This document shows, piece after piece, positions 9,034 through 16,748 of a stretch of 24,000 nucleotides of DNA (its first letter is position 1; the number at the start of each line of letters is the position of its first letter). The notes beneath the pieces were generated by a model, which made no database searches, had not been told where the DNA came from, and worked only from the letters and a program-made list of their open reading frames with translations. The position numbers and the translations under genes were made by a program. The stretch lies in assembly GCF_006542665.1 (NCBI RefSeq), contig NZ_AP019735.1, positions 1,148,000 through 1,171,999 of the forward strand, read 5' to 3'. This DNA is from Alistipes communis. Its GTDB lineage: Bacteria > Bacteroidota > Bacteroidia > Bacteroidales > Rikenellaceae.

Positions 9034-11532
9034 TCAATACAGATATTGTCCTGTTATGCTTTCCTTATTGGCGGCTACCGCTTCGGGAGTGCCCGTCGCG
9101 ACGATACGTCCGCCGTCGGCTCCTCCGCCCGGGCCGAGGTCGACGATGTAGTCGGCGTTGCGTATCATGTCCAGATCGTGTTCGATGACGACCAGGGTAG
9201 CCCCTGCCGAAAGCAGATGCCGGAAGACTTCGAGCAATGTCCTGACGTCGAGCGGGTGGAGCCCGATGGTGGGCTCGTCGAAAACGAAGAGCGAGTCGCT
9301 TTGCCGGCGTCCCATCTCCGAGGCGAGTTTCAGCCGCTGCGCCTCGCCGCCCGAGAGACTGGGCGTGGCTTCGCCGAGGGTGAGGTAGCCCAACCCGAGG
9401 TCGCTCAGCGTCGCAAGCCGCGGTGCGACGCTCTTGAATCCGGCGCACAACTCCGCTGCATGGGCCACGTCGGTCTCCATGACCTGCGGCAGCGTGAACG
9501 AACGGCCGTTCCCGACCGTACAGGCGATTCGTCCCGCAGGTTTCGCATAGCGCGAGCCGCGGCATTCGGGACACGGAATATCGACGTCGGGCAGGAACTG
9601 CACGTCGAGGCTGACCGTGCCAGTGCCGTCGCACACGGGGCAACGCAGCCGTCCGGTGTTGTAGGAGAAGTCGCCCGCCTTGTAACCGGCGGCCCGGGCA
9701 TCGGGCGTGCGGGCGAAGATCTTGCGCAGCTCGTCGTGAATATCGGCGTAAGTAGCCACCGTGGAGCGCACGTTGGCACCGATGGGTGTCGAATCGATAA
9801 GCTTGACGTGTTCGATACCCGACGCATCGATATTTTTCACATGGGGTGGCAGCGGCGTGCCCGCTATCGCCGCTTCGAGCGCCGGAACGAGGCTTTCGAG
9901 AATCAGCGTGGTTTTGCCAGACCCCGATACGCCCGTCACCACCGTGAGGCGGCCTTTGGGAATGACGACTTCGAGCGGTTTTACGGTGTGAATCTCGGAG
10001 GTGGAGAGGCGGATCGCCCCTTGTGCGAAGAGTTCGCCTTCCGGCACGACGGGCAGCACGCGGGATTCGACCTTGCCTGCCAGAAACGGGCCGATGCGCG
10101 ACGCCGGACTGCGTTCGATCTCCCCGACCGTCCCCTGCGCAATGACCCTTCCGCCGTCGGCCCCCGCTCCGGGGCCCATCTCGACGATATGGTCGGCATG
10201 GCTCAGTATCTGCGTGTCGTGGTCGACCAGCACGACGGTGTTTCCGTCGGCGACCAGGTCGTCCATAACACCCGTGAGACCTGCGATGTTGGCCGGATGA
10301 AGGCCGATGGAGGGTTCGTCGAGCACATACATCACGCCCGTAGTACGGTTGCGCACTGCGCGGGCCAGCTGCATACGCTGCCGCTCGCCGGTGGATAGGG
10401 TCGAAGCCGCCCGATCGAGCGCGAGGTATCCCAACCCCAAGTCCAGCAGACGGCGCGAAGCGGCGAGGAACGACTCGCAGATGCTCTCGCCCATGGGGCG
10501 CATCTCCTCCGGCAGCGAAGCGGGGACGCCGCGCACCCACCCGACGCACTCCGCGAGCGTCATGCGGCACGCCTCGTCCAGCCCGATGCCGCGAAGCCGC
10601 GGCGCCCGGGCCTCGTCGGAGAGTCGCGTGCCGCCGCAAGCCGGACAGACGTCCTGACGCAGGAACTTCTCCACGCGCTTCATGCCCTTCTCGTCGGTCA
10701 CTTTGGCGAGCGCATTCTCGACCGTATAGACGGCGTTGTAGTAGGTGAAATCGAGCTCTCCCGCCTGATTGGAATTTTTGGCTTTGTAGAGGATATGTCT
10801 CTTTTCGGCCGGTCCGTCGAAGACGATGGCGCGCTCGGCAGGCGTCAGCTCGCTGAACGGCACGTCGGTACGCACGCCCATCGCCCGGCACACGTCGGTC
10901 ATGAGCGACCACATCAGGCTGTTCCACGGAGCCACGGCCCCTTCGTCGATCGTCTTCGATTCGTCGGGCACGAGCGTCGCACGGTCTACGGTCATGACCG
11001 TACCCGTACCGCCGCACCGGCGACATGCTCCGCCGCTGTTGAACGCGAGCTCCTCGGCCCCGGGCGCATAGAACCGATGGCCGCAGTTCGCGCAGACGAG
11101 CTCCTTCTCGGCCGCGACGGCCAGCGTCGGCGCATGGTAATGCCCGCAGTTCGGACAGCGGTGCGAAGCCAGGCGCGAGAACATAAGCCGCAGGCTGTTG
11201 AGCAGCTCGGTGCCGGTGCCGAAGGTGCTGCGGATACCCGGCACGCCTGGCCGCTGGTGGAGTGCGATGGCGGCGGGAACATATGCTATTTCATCGACCT
11301 GCGCCTTGGGAGCCTGCGTCATGCGCCGGCGCGTATAGGTGGACAACGCCTCCAGATAGCGCCGCGACCCTTCGGCGTAGAGCACCCCGAGCGCCAGCGA
11401 CGATTTGCCCGATCCCGACACGCCGGCGATGCCGACGATGCCGTGGAGCGGAATATTTACATCCACGTTTTTGAGGTTGTGGACGCGCGCACCGCGGATT
11501 CTTATTTCGTTCGGTGTTTTCTTCATCTCCAT
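9034..11532 (-). CDS. uvrA: UvrA-family ABC ATPase, class II paralog (UvrA2-like) lacking the UvrB-binding domain
   Basis: ORF 9034..11571; the likely start is MEMKK at 11532 (or 11526). N-terminus IRIRGARVHNLKNVDVNIPLHGIVGIAGVSGSGKSSLALGVLYAEGSRRYLEALSTYTRR matches the UvrA hallmark. A second Walker A is present (VTGVSGSGKTTL), with signatures LSTGERQR and LSGGEAQR and Walker B motifs VLDEPSIGLH and VFDEPTIGLH. About 830 aa against about 940 for canonical UvrA. The first zinc-module CxxC pairs (CPNC...CANC) are only 17 residues apart. Confidence 0.9.
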   Translation of the reverse strand: MEMKKTPNEIRIRGARVHNLKNVDVNIPLHGIVGIAGVSGSGKSSLALGVLYAEGSRRYLEALSTYTRRRMTQAPKAQVDEIAYVPAAIALHQRPGVPGIRSTFGTGTELLNSLRLMFSRLASHRCPNCGHYHAPTLAVAAEKELVCANCGHRFYAPGAEELAFNSGGACRRCGGTGTVMTVDRATLVPDESKTIDEGAVAPWNSLMWSLMTDVCRAMGVRTDVPFSELTPAERAIVFDGPAEKRHILYKAKNSNQAGELDFTYYNAVYTVENALAKVTDEKGMKRVEKFLRQDVCPACGGTRLSDEARAPRLRGIGLDEACRMTLAECVGWVRGVPASLPEEMRPMGESICESFLAASRRLLDLGLGYLALDRAASTLSTGERQRMQLARAVRNRTTGVMYVLDEPSIGLHPANIAGLTGVMDDLVADGNTVVLVDHDTQILSHADHIVEMGPGAGADGGRVIAQGTVGEIERSPASRIGPFLAGKVESRVLPVVPEGELFAQGAIRLSTSEIHTVKPLEVVIPKGRLTVVTGVSGSGKTTLILESLVPALEAAIAGTPLPPHVKNIDASGIEHVKLIDSTPIGANVRSTVATYADIHDELRKIFARTPDARAAGYKAGDFSYNTGRLRCPVCDGTGTVSLDVQFLPDVDIPCPECRGSRYAKPAGRIACTVGNGRSFTLPQVMETDVAHAAELCAGFKSVAPRLATLSDLGLGYLTLGEATPSLSGGEAQRLKLASEMGRRQSDSLFVFDEPTIGLHPLDVRTLLEVFRHLLSAGATLVVIEHDLDMIRNADYIVDLGPGGGADGGRIVATGTPEAVAANKESITGQYLY

Positions 11533-11619
11533 AAAGTCTCGTATCAAACATACAAAAGTACGGAACGGCAAATAACATGCATTGTCACAAATCGGGCGAA
11601 ACGAAACGCTTTTCGGGAC

Positions 11620-11757
11620 TTATCCCGCCCGCTCCCTGAATCGCAGCGGCGTACAACCGACCGGCCTGCGAAAATAACGGATGAAACAGGAGACGTCCTC
11701 GAAACAAAGCCGGTCGGGGATCTCCGTTACGGCCGAATCCGTATAACGCAACAGGCG
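11620..11757 (-). pseudogene. 5'-truncated AraC/XylS-family transcriptional regulator; only the C-terminal HTH remains
   Basis: The minus strand reads LLRYTDSAVTEIPDRLCFEDVSCFIRYFRRPVGCTPLRFRERAG then stop (TAA at 11620-11622). This matches the second HTH of AraC-family proteins. An in-frame TAA at 11758-11760 is followed upstream by AT-rich ORF-free DNA. The remnant keeps the GC-rich composition of the host. Confidence 0.7.
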
Positions 11758-12027
11758 TTAGGTATTGATTGCATTTTAATTTCATATTCTTGCGTCGCGA
11801 AGTTACGAAAAGAGTGTAATTTATTGGAAATGAGCGTAGGTTAATTGCTCTTGATAGTAATAGGTTACGATTTAGTTAGTTATCTACTGCATTATCCTTC
11901 TGCGCGTTGCGTAACCTTCAAAGAACTCTTCGTATGCAAAAGTAGCTATTTAATTCGAGATTTTGATATAAACTCCCGTTTTTTATCCCCTCATTCATAA
12001 GAATTTTCCGTAAAAGCGGTATTGTCC

Positions 12028-12148
12028 GTCGGCACACCATTGCCCAAAACGAGTTTGGAACAAACGTGTGCCGACTACCGCATAGCTGGAGAAAAGGGCA
12101 TTGCCTCACGCCTAAACGATGTTTAGACAGATGAAGCAATGCCCCTTT
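12028..12148 (+). other. Two tandem compound stem-loops (candidate structured RNA or ssDNA element, or terminators)
   Basis: Hairpin 1: GTCGGCACAC (12028-12037) pairs with GTGTGCCGAC (12066-12075), with inner stem CCAAA/TTTGG (12044-12048 / 12054-12058). Hairpin 2: GGGCATTGC (12096-12104) pairs with GCAATGCCC (12136-12144) plus an A/T extension, with inner stem CTAAAC/GTTTAG (12112-12117 / 12121-12126), followed by CTTTCTTTTG. Confidence 0.4.
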
Positions 12149-12808
12149 CTTTTGCGCCTATGCCAAGAGGTGCTTTTACGGGTTTTCAAATGATTTTTCT
12201 TTTTTCGCTGTCTCTTTTGCCGGAAGCGGAAAGTGAATGCAGAGTGTGTCAGCCTGCCCCATGAATGAAACAGGCGCCCACACACAGCCGGACAAACCGG
12301 GAAGAATGATTGTTGCCACCCGGCTGAACAAGTTCCGTCGGATCGGAAACAATCATACTTCCTTTGTTGTGGTTTGCCCTTTTCACGCTTCCGGTGATGT
12401 CTTTTTCCTTTTGGTGATTCTTTTTTTTACGGATTTTCCCCTGAAGTTTTTTTCTACACAATCTGCCTCTGTTTTCGTTTACCTCCATTTTGCGCCTTTC
12501 AGTAAGCCGCATCAGTCAGTCATTTTCGTTCTGGGCGCAAAGGTAATTCCGGGATTGGACGGGAAAGCAAGGTCAAGCCTCCTGTTTTCGGTAAAAATCT
12601 CCAGCCCTGCGGGTAGTATTTTGACCGAAAAACCTTGCATTCCCTAATCCCTACCTTTTCAAGCACCCGAAACGAAAACGACCGATGCGACAGAAAGACG
12701 CATAAAAAAAATGTCGGATAAACGAGAGGCAGATAAGATAGTTTGAAACTCAACTCCCTCAGCTCTTGAATCCGCATTAAAAACAAAAAAATCAAAAACA
12801 GCGAAGAT

Positions 12809-13024
12809 ATGACGGCAACGGCAAATTTCAGACAAATGGCGCAACACATCGGGTTGGCGATATGCGGCTTGATGATGCGCACCGCCTTCGGGGTGTTCGG
12901 CATCCTTTGGGGCATCATCAGAGAGATTGTAAACGGAGTGTTCCGAGTGGCGATAGGTGTAATCGTGGCTATCCTTTCCACCATTGCCTTCTTTGGCTTC
13001 ATCCTTTGGTTATTCACCCTTTAA
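12809..13024 (+). CDS. Small hydrophobic membrane protein (hypothetical, CTn-associated)
   Basis: 71 aa, ATG start. Two or three predicted TM segments (IGLAICGLMMRTAFGVFGILWGII, VAIGVIVAILSTIAFFGFILWLF). First gene of a co-oriented block. Confidence 0.6.
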   Translation: MTATANFRQMAQHIGLAICGLMMRTAFGVFGILWGIIREIVNGVFRVAIGVIVAILSTIAFFGFILWLFTL

Positions 13025-13035
13025 CCCTTACCGAC

Positions 13036-13257
13036 ATGGCAAAAAGAAACAGCAAGACGGCAGCGCAGCAGTGCAGATATTACGAGGTGGACAACATCTT
13101 CGTGTATATGGTGGAAACGTACATCAACGGCAATTTTGAAACTTTCCGAAGATTGTACCACGAACTGAACAAGGACGCACGGAGGGATTTCATGGACTTC
13201 CTTCTCAGCGAGGTAGAGCCGACCTATTGGAGAGAGATACTGAAACAGATAATCTAA
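13036..13257 (+). CDS. Hypothetical small protein (CTn-associated)
   Basis: The track ORF 12862..13257 overlaps the previous gene. The plausible start is MAKRNSKTAAQQ at 13036, 11 nt after the previous stop. 73 aa with protein-like composition. Confidence 0.6.
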   Translation: MAKRNSKTAAQQCRYYEVDNIFVYMVETYINGNFETFRRLYHELNKDARRDFMDFLLSEVEPTYWREILKQII

Positions 13258-13270
13258 AAATGACAGCGAT

Positions 13271-13687
13271 ATGAAAGGAACAGACCATTTCAAGAGAACG
13301 ATATATATGTACTTGGAACAGCGTGCGGAGGAAGATGCGCTATTTGCAAAGAAGTACCGCAACCCTGCCAAGAACATGGACGAGTGCGTGACCCACATTC
13401 TGAACTATGTGCAGAAAAGCGGTTGCAACGGTTTCACGGACGGAGAAATATTCGGGCAAGCCATCCACTACTATGAGGAAAACGAGATAGAGGTGGGCAA
13501 ACCGATGGACTGCCAAGTGGTTGTGAACCACGTTGTGAAACTCACGGCAGAGGAAAAGGCGGAGGCACGTCAGAACGCTGTCCGCAAATACCAAGAGGAG
13601 GAACTCCGCAAGTTGCAGAACCGCCACAGACCGTCAGCGAGAAAAGAAAACCAACCCCAACCCTCATTATTTGATTTAGGCTTATGA
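13271..13687 (+). CDS. pcfK: PcfK-like protein
   Basis: 138 aa. MKGTDHFKRTIYMYLEQRAEEDALFAKKY...ECVTHILNYVQKSGCNGFTDGEIFGQAIHYYEE matches my recollection of PcfK-like proteins of Bacteroides CTns. Its stop overlaps the next gene's start (ATGA). Confidence 0.8.
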   Translation: MKGTDHFKRTIYMYLEQRAEEDALFAKKYRNPAKNMDECVTHILNYVQKSGCNGFTDGEIFGQAIHYYEENEIEVGKPMDCQVVVNHVVKLTAEEKAEARQNAVRKYQEEELRKLQNRHRPSARKENQPQPSLFDLGL

Positions 13688-15015
13688 AACCGAAGACCAA
13701 GATACAGAAAGAGGTGGCAAGACTTTCCGCCAACCTTCGCCCCATATCAGCGACACAAATAGATTGGGCATACCGCCACTGCGTTGAGCATATCGGCTAC
13801 CGCACCAAGAAAGGGAACATCACCTGTTCCGACTGCGGTCACGAGTGGCACAGCGACAGCGGACTATGCGACACCCTTGAAGGCTGCACCTGCCCCAAAT
13901 GCCATGCCGAACTCAAAGTGCAGGACACACGCAGACGCATCTACAAGGAAACGCAGAATTTCAGCGTGATAACCACCTGCAAAGGGTATCAGGTAATCCG
14001 CGTGGCGCAGGTCAGATGCGAGAGCAGGAAAGGCGAACCGATGCGTTTCTACTGCCACGAGGTCGTGCAGCGTTGGATTTCACCCGACGGCAAGGTTACG
14101 GACATGGCGTTGCTCCGTGGCTTCCTTTTCTGCTATTGCGATGTGTGGGCATTAGGCAGCGATATGGAGGTAAGACCGCACAACAGCCTATACGATGATG
14201 TGGTGGCAAGAAGCTGTGCATATCCAAAGATGAGGATATTGCCCCAACTCAGACGTAACGGCTTCAAGGGCGATTTCCACGGCATCTCCCCCGTGCGTCT
14301 TTTCAAAGCCTTGCTTTCAGACCCAAGAATTGAAACCCTTATGAAAGGCGGTGAGATTGAGGTCATGAAACACTTTCTTTTCAATACCCGTACTGCCGAT
14401 GAATGTTGGGCATCATATCTGATTGCCAAGCGTCACAAGTATCAGATAGACAACCTCTCAATGTGGTGCGACTATCTGCGTATGCTCAAAAAACTCGGTC
14501 AAGACCTCCGTAACCCGAAGAACATCTGTCCCGAAGATTTCATGGCGGCACACGACAACGCAACCCGAAAAATTGAAGCCATACACGAGAAGGAAAGAGC
14601 CGCAGAGCAACGCCGTTGGGAGATTGAAAGGCGTGAGCGTGAGCAACAGCGACAACTCCAACGAAAGAAAGATGCGGAGGATTTCATCGCCAACAAATCC
14701 AAATTCTTCGGCTTGGTAATCACGGACGAGGAAATAATCGTCAAGGTGCTTGAAAGCATAGACGAGTATTACAACGAGGGCAAGACGCAGGGCATCTGCG
14801 TGTTTGGCAGTGGATACTACAAGAAAGCCGACACCCTCATACTATCGGCAAGGATTGGCGATGAGATTATTGAAACCGTAGAGGTGGACTTGCGAACCCT
14901 CGAAGTGGTGCAGTGCCACGGCAAGCACAACCAGGACACCGAATATCACGAGCGCATCATAGACCTTGTGAACAAGAACGCCAACCTTATCCGTGAGCGG
15001 ATGAAAGCGGCATAG
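13684..15015 (+). CDS. pcfJ: PcfJ-like protein
   Basis: 443 aa. N-terminal Cys-rich zinc-ribbon-like region (CSDCGHEW...CTCPKCHAEL), a charged coiled region (EKERAAEQRRWEIERREREQQRQLQRKKDAE) and C-terminus ...EYHERIIDLVNKNANLIRERM. It follows PcfK, as in other CTns. Confidence 0.8.
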   Translation: MKPKTKIQKEVARLSANLRPISATQIDWAYRHCVEHIGYRTKKGNITCSDCGHEWHSDSGLCDTLEGCTCPKCHAELKVQDTRRRIYKETQNFSVITTCKGYQVIRVAQVRCESRKGEPMRFYCHEVVQRWISPDGKVTDMALLRGFLFCYCDVWALGSDMEVRPHNSLYDDVVARSCAYPKMRILPQLRRNGFKGDFHGISPVRLFKALLSDPRIETLMKGGEIEVMKHFLFNTRTADECWASYLIAKRHKYQIDNLSMWCDYLRMLKKLGQDLRNPKNICPEDFMAAHDNATRKIEAIHEKERAAEQRRWEIERREREQQRQLQRKKDAEDFIANKSKFFGLVITDEEIIVKVLESIDEYYNEGKTQGICVFGSGYYKKADTLILSARIGDEIIETVEVDLRTLEVVQCHGKHNQDTEYHERIIDLVNKNANLIRERMKAA

Positions 15016-15039
15016 CATAACCCCTAAAACAACATTGAT

Positions 15040-15297
15040 ATGGAAGTAAGAATTGAAAGTATGATTTGTGTGTGGGATGATGCAATCCCCACGATGTTCC
15101 TTGAATTTGTGAACCTCCTCACTCTCACAACGAGTGAGGGGGAATTGAGAAAGAGCGTAAAGGAGTTTGCCGAGAAGCACGAACTTGACAAGTTTTTCCT
15201 TTACGGCTTCGGCTCACACCATTTCTACCTGCACCAACGCTACACAAGCAACCCCGAAATGGTGATGAAGAACAGAGTTCTGTCAGTACATTTTTAA
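15040..15297 (+). CDS. Hypothetical small protein
   Basis: 85-aa ORF with an ATG start, same strand as and tightly packed with its neighbours. No family recognised. Confidence 0.5.
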   Translation: MEVRIESMICVWDDAIPTMFLEFVNLLTLTTSEGELRKSVKEFAEKHELDKFFLYGFGSHHFYLHQRYTSNPEMVMKNRVLSVHF

Positions 15298-15316
15298 CCA
15301 TCTAAAAAGCAACATT

Positions 15317-15550
15317 ATGACAACACGAATGACCATCAACGGAGTAAGCACCTGCGCGGAAGCAGGTACGGAGAAATACGAGCGTTTCCAATCGGGTATC
15401 GGAAGACGCAGGCGGACACTTGTGCAGTACGACTACCGCCACCCCATAGACAGAGAATTGTTCTCTTGTGTCAAACCCACGTTGGACGAGTGCCGAGCCG
15501 CACGGGACAAGTGGCTGAACGCAAAGAAGGGAAAGGAGGACAGACTATGA
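15317..15550 (+). CDS. DUF3873-like small protein (CTn-associated)
   Basis: 77 aa. MTTRMTINGVSTC...KYERFQSGIGRRRRTLVQYDYRH...LFSCVKPTLDECRAARDKWL resembles, from memory, the DUF3873 family common in Bacteroides CTns. Its stop overlaps the next start (ATGA). Confidence 0.65.
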   Translation: MTTRMTINGVSTCAEAGTEKYERFQSGIGRRRRTLVQYDYRHPIDRELFSCVKPTLDECRAARDKWLNAKKGKEDRL

Positions 15551-15792
15551 ACACGACCTATCAAACGCTGATAGTCAAGTTCAGCGAACCTATCACGGCA
15601 TTGGACGGTATCTTTGACGATACCGGAGCGTGGGGAACGGACACCCTCAAGGGGTGGATAGATGATTACGAAAGCACACGTTTCACCGCCACCGACAGCC
15701 ATACGGCAGTCATCACGAGCGAGTACAATATGGAATGTGTGAAAGAGTGGCTACAACGGCAGACCCCCATTTCCGAAATGCGAGAATTTTGA
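15547..15792 (+). CDS. Hypothetical small protein
   Basis: The track ORF is 15466..15792. The likely start is MNTTYQTLIV at 15547, coupled to the previous stop. 81 aa. Confidence 0.55.
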   Translation: MNTTYQTLIVKFSEPITALDGIFDDTGAWGTDTLKGWIDDYESTRFTATDSHTAVITSEYNMECVKEWLQRQTPISEMREF

Positions 15793-15845
15793 ACGGGATG
15801 GCGGTGTCCGCACCGCCAATACTTAAAACCCTAAAAACAAAAGAT

Positions 15846-16154
15846 ATGATAGCCAAGACGATATTACAGCAGATAGGCGGAAAACGCTTCACCGCCATGA
15901 CAGGTAGCCGTGATTTCATAGATATGGGCAACGGCTTACGGATGAGCCTTGCAAGGAACAAAACAAGTGCCAACCGCCTTGACATCATCTATGACGAAGG
16001 GGCAGACCTCTACAATATGCGCTTCTACCGCAGGACGTTCAGCAAAAAGACCTTTGAGTGCAAGACAAAGGACATTGCCGTACACGAGGGTATCTATTTT
16101 GATATGCTGGAGGAAATGTTCACGATGGTGACGGGACTTTACACACGCTTTTGA
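15846..16154 (+). CDS. Hypothetical small protein
   Basis: The track ORF is 15735..16154. The likely start is MIAKTILQQIGGKRF at 15846. 102 aa. A GC hairpin follows. Confidence 0.55.
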   Translation: MIAKTILQQIGGKRFTAMTGSRDFIDMGNGLRMSLARNKTSANRLDIIYDEGADLYNMRFYRRTFSKKTFECKTKDIAVHEGIYFDMLEEMFTMVTGLYTRF

Positions 16155-16158
16155 GTGG

Positions 16159-16190
16159 CGGGGCGGCGAGAGCCGCCCTACTTTCTTTCA
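16159..16190 (+). terminator. Hairpin terminator closing the plus-strand small-gene block
   Basis: GGGCGGC-GAGA-GCCGCCC (16161-16178), 7 nt after the stop codon, followed by the T-rich run TACTTTCTTTC. Confidence 0.55.
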
Positions 16191-16250
16191 GTGAGCATGA
16201 TGGCGGACAAAGAAAGTAGCAAAGAAACCTTTGTCCAATCTGCGATAACT

Positions 16251-16277
16251 AAAAAATCCGCAAGTAAAACTTGCGGA
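16251..16277 (-). terminator. Rho-independent-type terminator for minus-strand transcripts
   Basis: The minus strand reads TCCGCAAG-TTTTA-CTTGCGGA followed by TTTTTT (plus-strand A6 at 16251-16256). The 8-bp stem is perfect. Confidence 0.5.
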
Positions 16278-16717
16278 GGCTATATATTGGGTCGTTATTT
16301 TTTGGTGGAGGGGAATGATAATCTCGAACCGTTGAACTACACATTTCTGCTTCGTCTCCATTTCCCCCAACGATTTGATACGTTCAATCATTTTTGTTGT
16401 TGAAATCGTGGAGAAGTGAATAGACAGTATTACCCGACAGAGCAACTATGACAACGTAACGCCTTTACAAAAAAGTCGGTACACGAAACCCATAGACTAA
16501 TTGTCTTGACCTAAAAGAGATTGGAATTTTCAGGACTGCCTATCACTTAGATAGAAGTCCAAGGTCTGCTGAAATACATAATTCAAAAATTGAAATTGCT
16601 TGACTGCAAATTTAGTAACTTTGCTTGACAAATTAACGAGAAAGAAGAGAAAATGAAAACCGACCGCATAATCGAGTAGACGGCTCCGCCAGTAACTGAC
16701 GGAGTGCGCCTCTCACA

Positions 16718-16748
16718 CCACCGAGCGTACGGGTCACGTACTCGGCGG
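16718..16748 (-). ncRNA. Group II intron domain V (catalytic hairpin)
   Basis: The minus strand reads CCGCCGAGTACG-TGACC-CGTA(CG)CTCGGTGG. This gives 8 bp, a 2-nt bulge on the 3' strand, 4 bp and a 5-nt loop. The base triad is CGC rather than AGC, as in class C introns. Confidence 0.75.

Noticed and set aside
9065-11026. A 653-aa minus-strand ORF in an alternative frame of the uvrA paralog, plus plus-strand ORFs at 9046-10398 and 10795-11844.
   Set aside because: Extreme Arg/Gly/Pro/His composition and no motifs. The overlapping frame encoding UvrA has unmistakable Walker and signature motifs.
11758-12100. A tRNA gene or a CTnDOT-type GTANNTTTGC target core at the ICE junction.
   Set aside because: No tRNA-like T-arm (GGTTCGAA-type) or cloverleaf was seen. 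Only an imperfect resemblance (GTATTGATTGC at 11762-11772) exists, which is too weak to call.
12237-13017. ORFs at 12237-12647 (+, 136 aa), 12249-12512 (-, 87 aa) and 12520-13017 (-, 165 aa).
   Set aside because: Low-complexity, homopolymer-driven translations. The last is antisense to the small membrane-protein gene. None has a recognisable family or sensible gene spacing.
16155-16445. ORFs at 16155-16403 (+, 82 aa) and 16188-16445 (-, 85 aa).
   Set aside because: They read straight through three hairpins or terminators and look non-protein-like. They are treated as non-coding.
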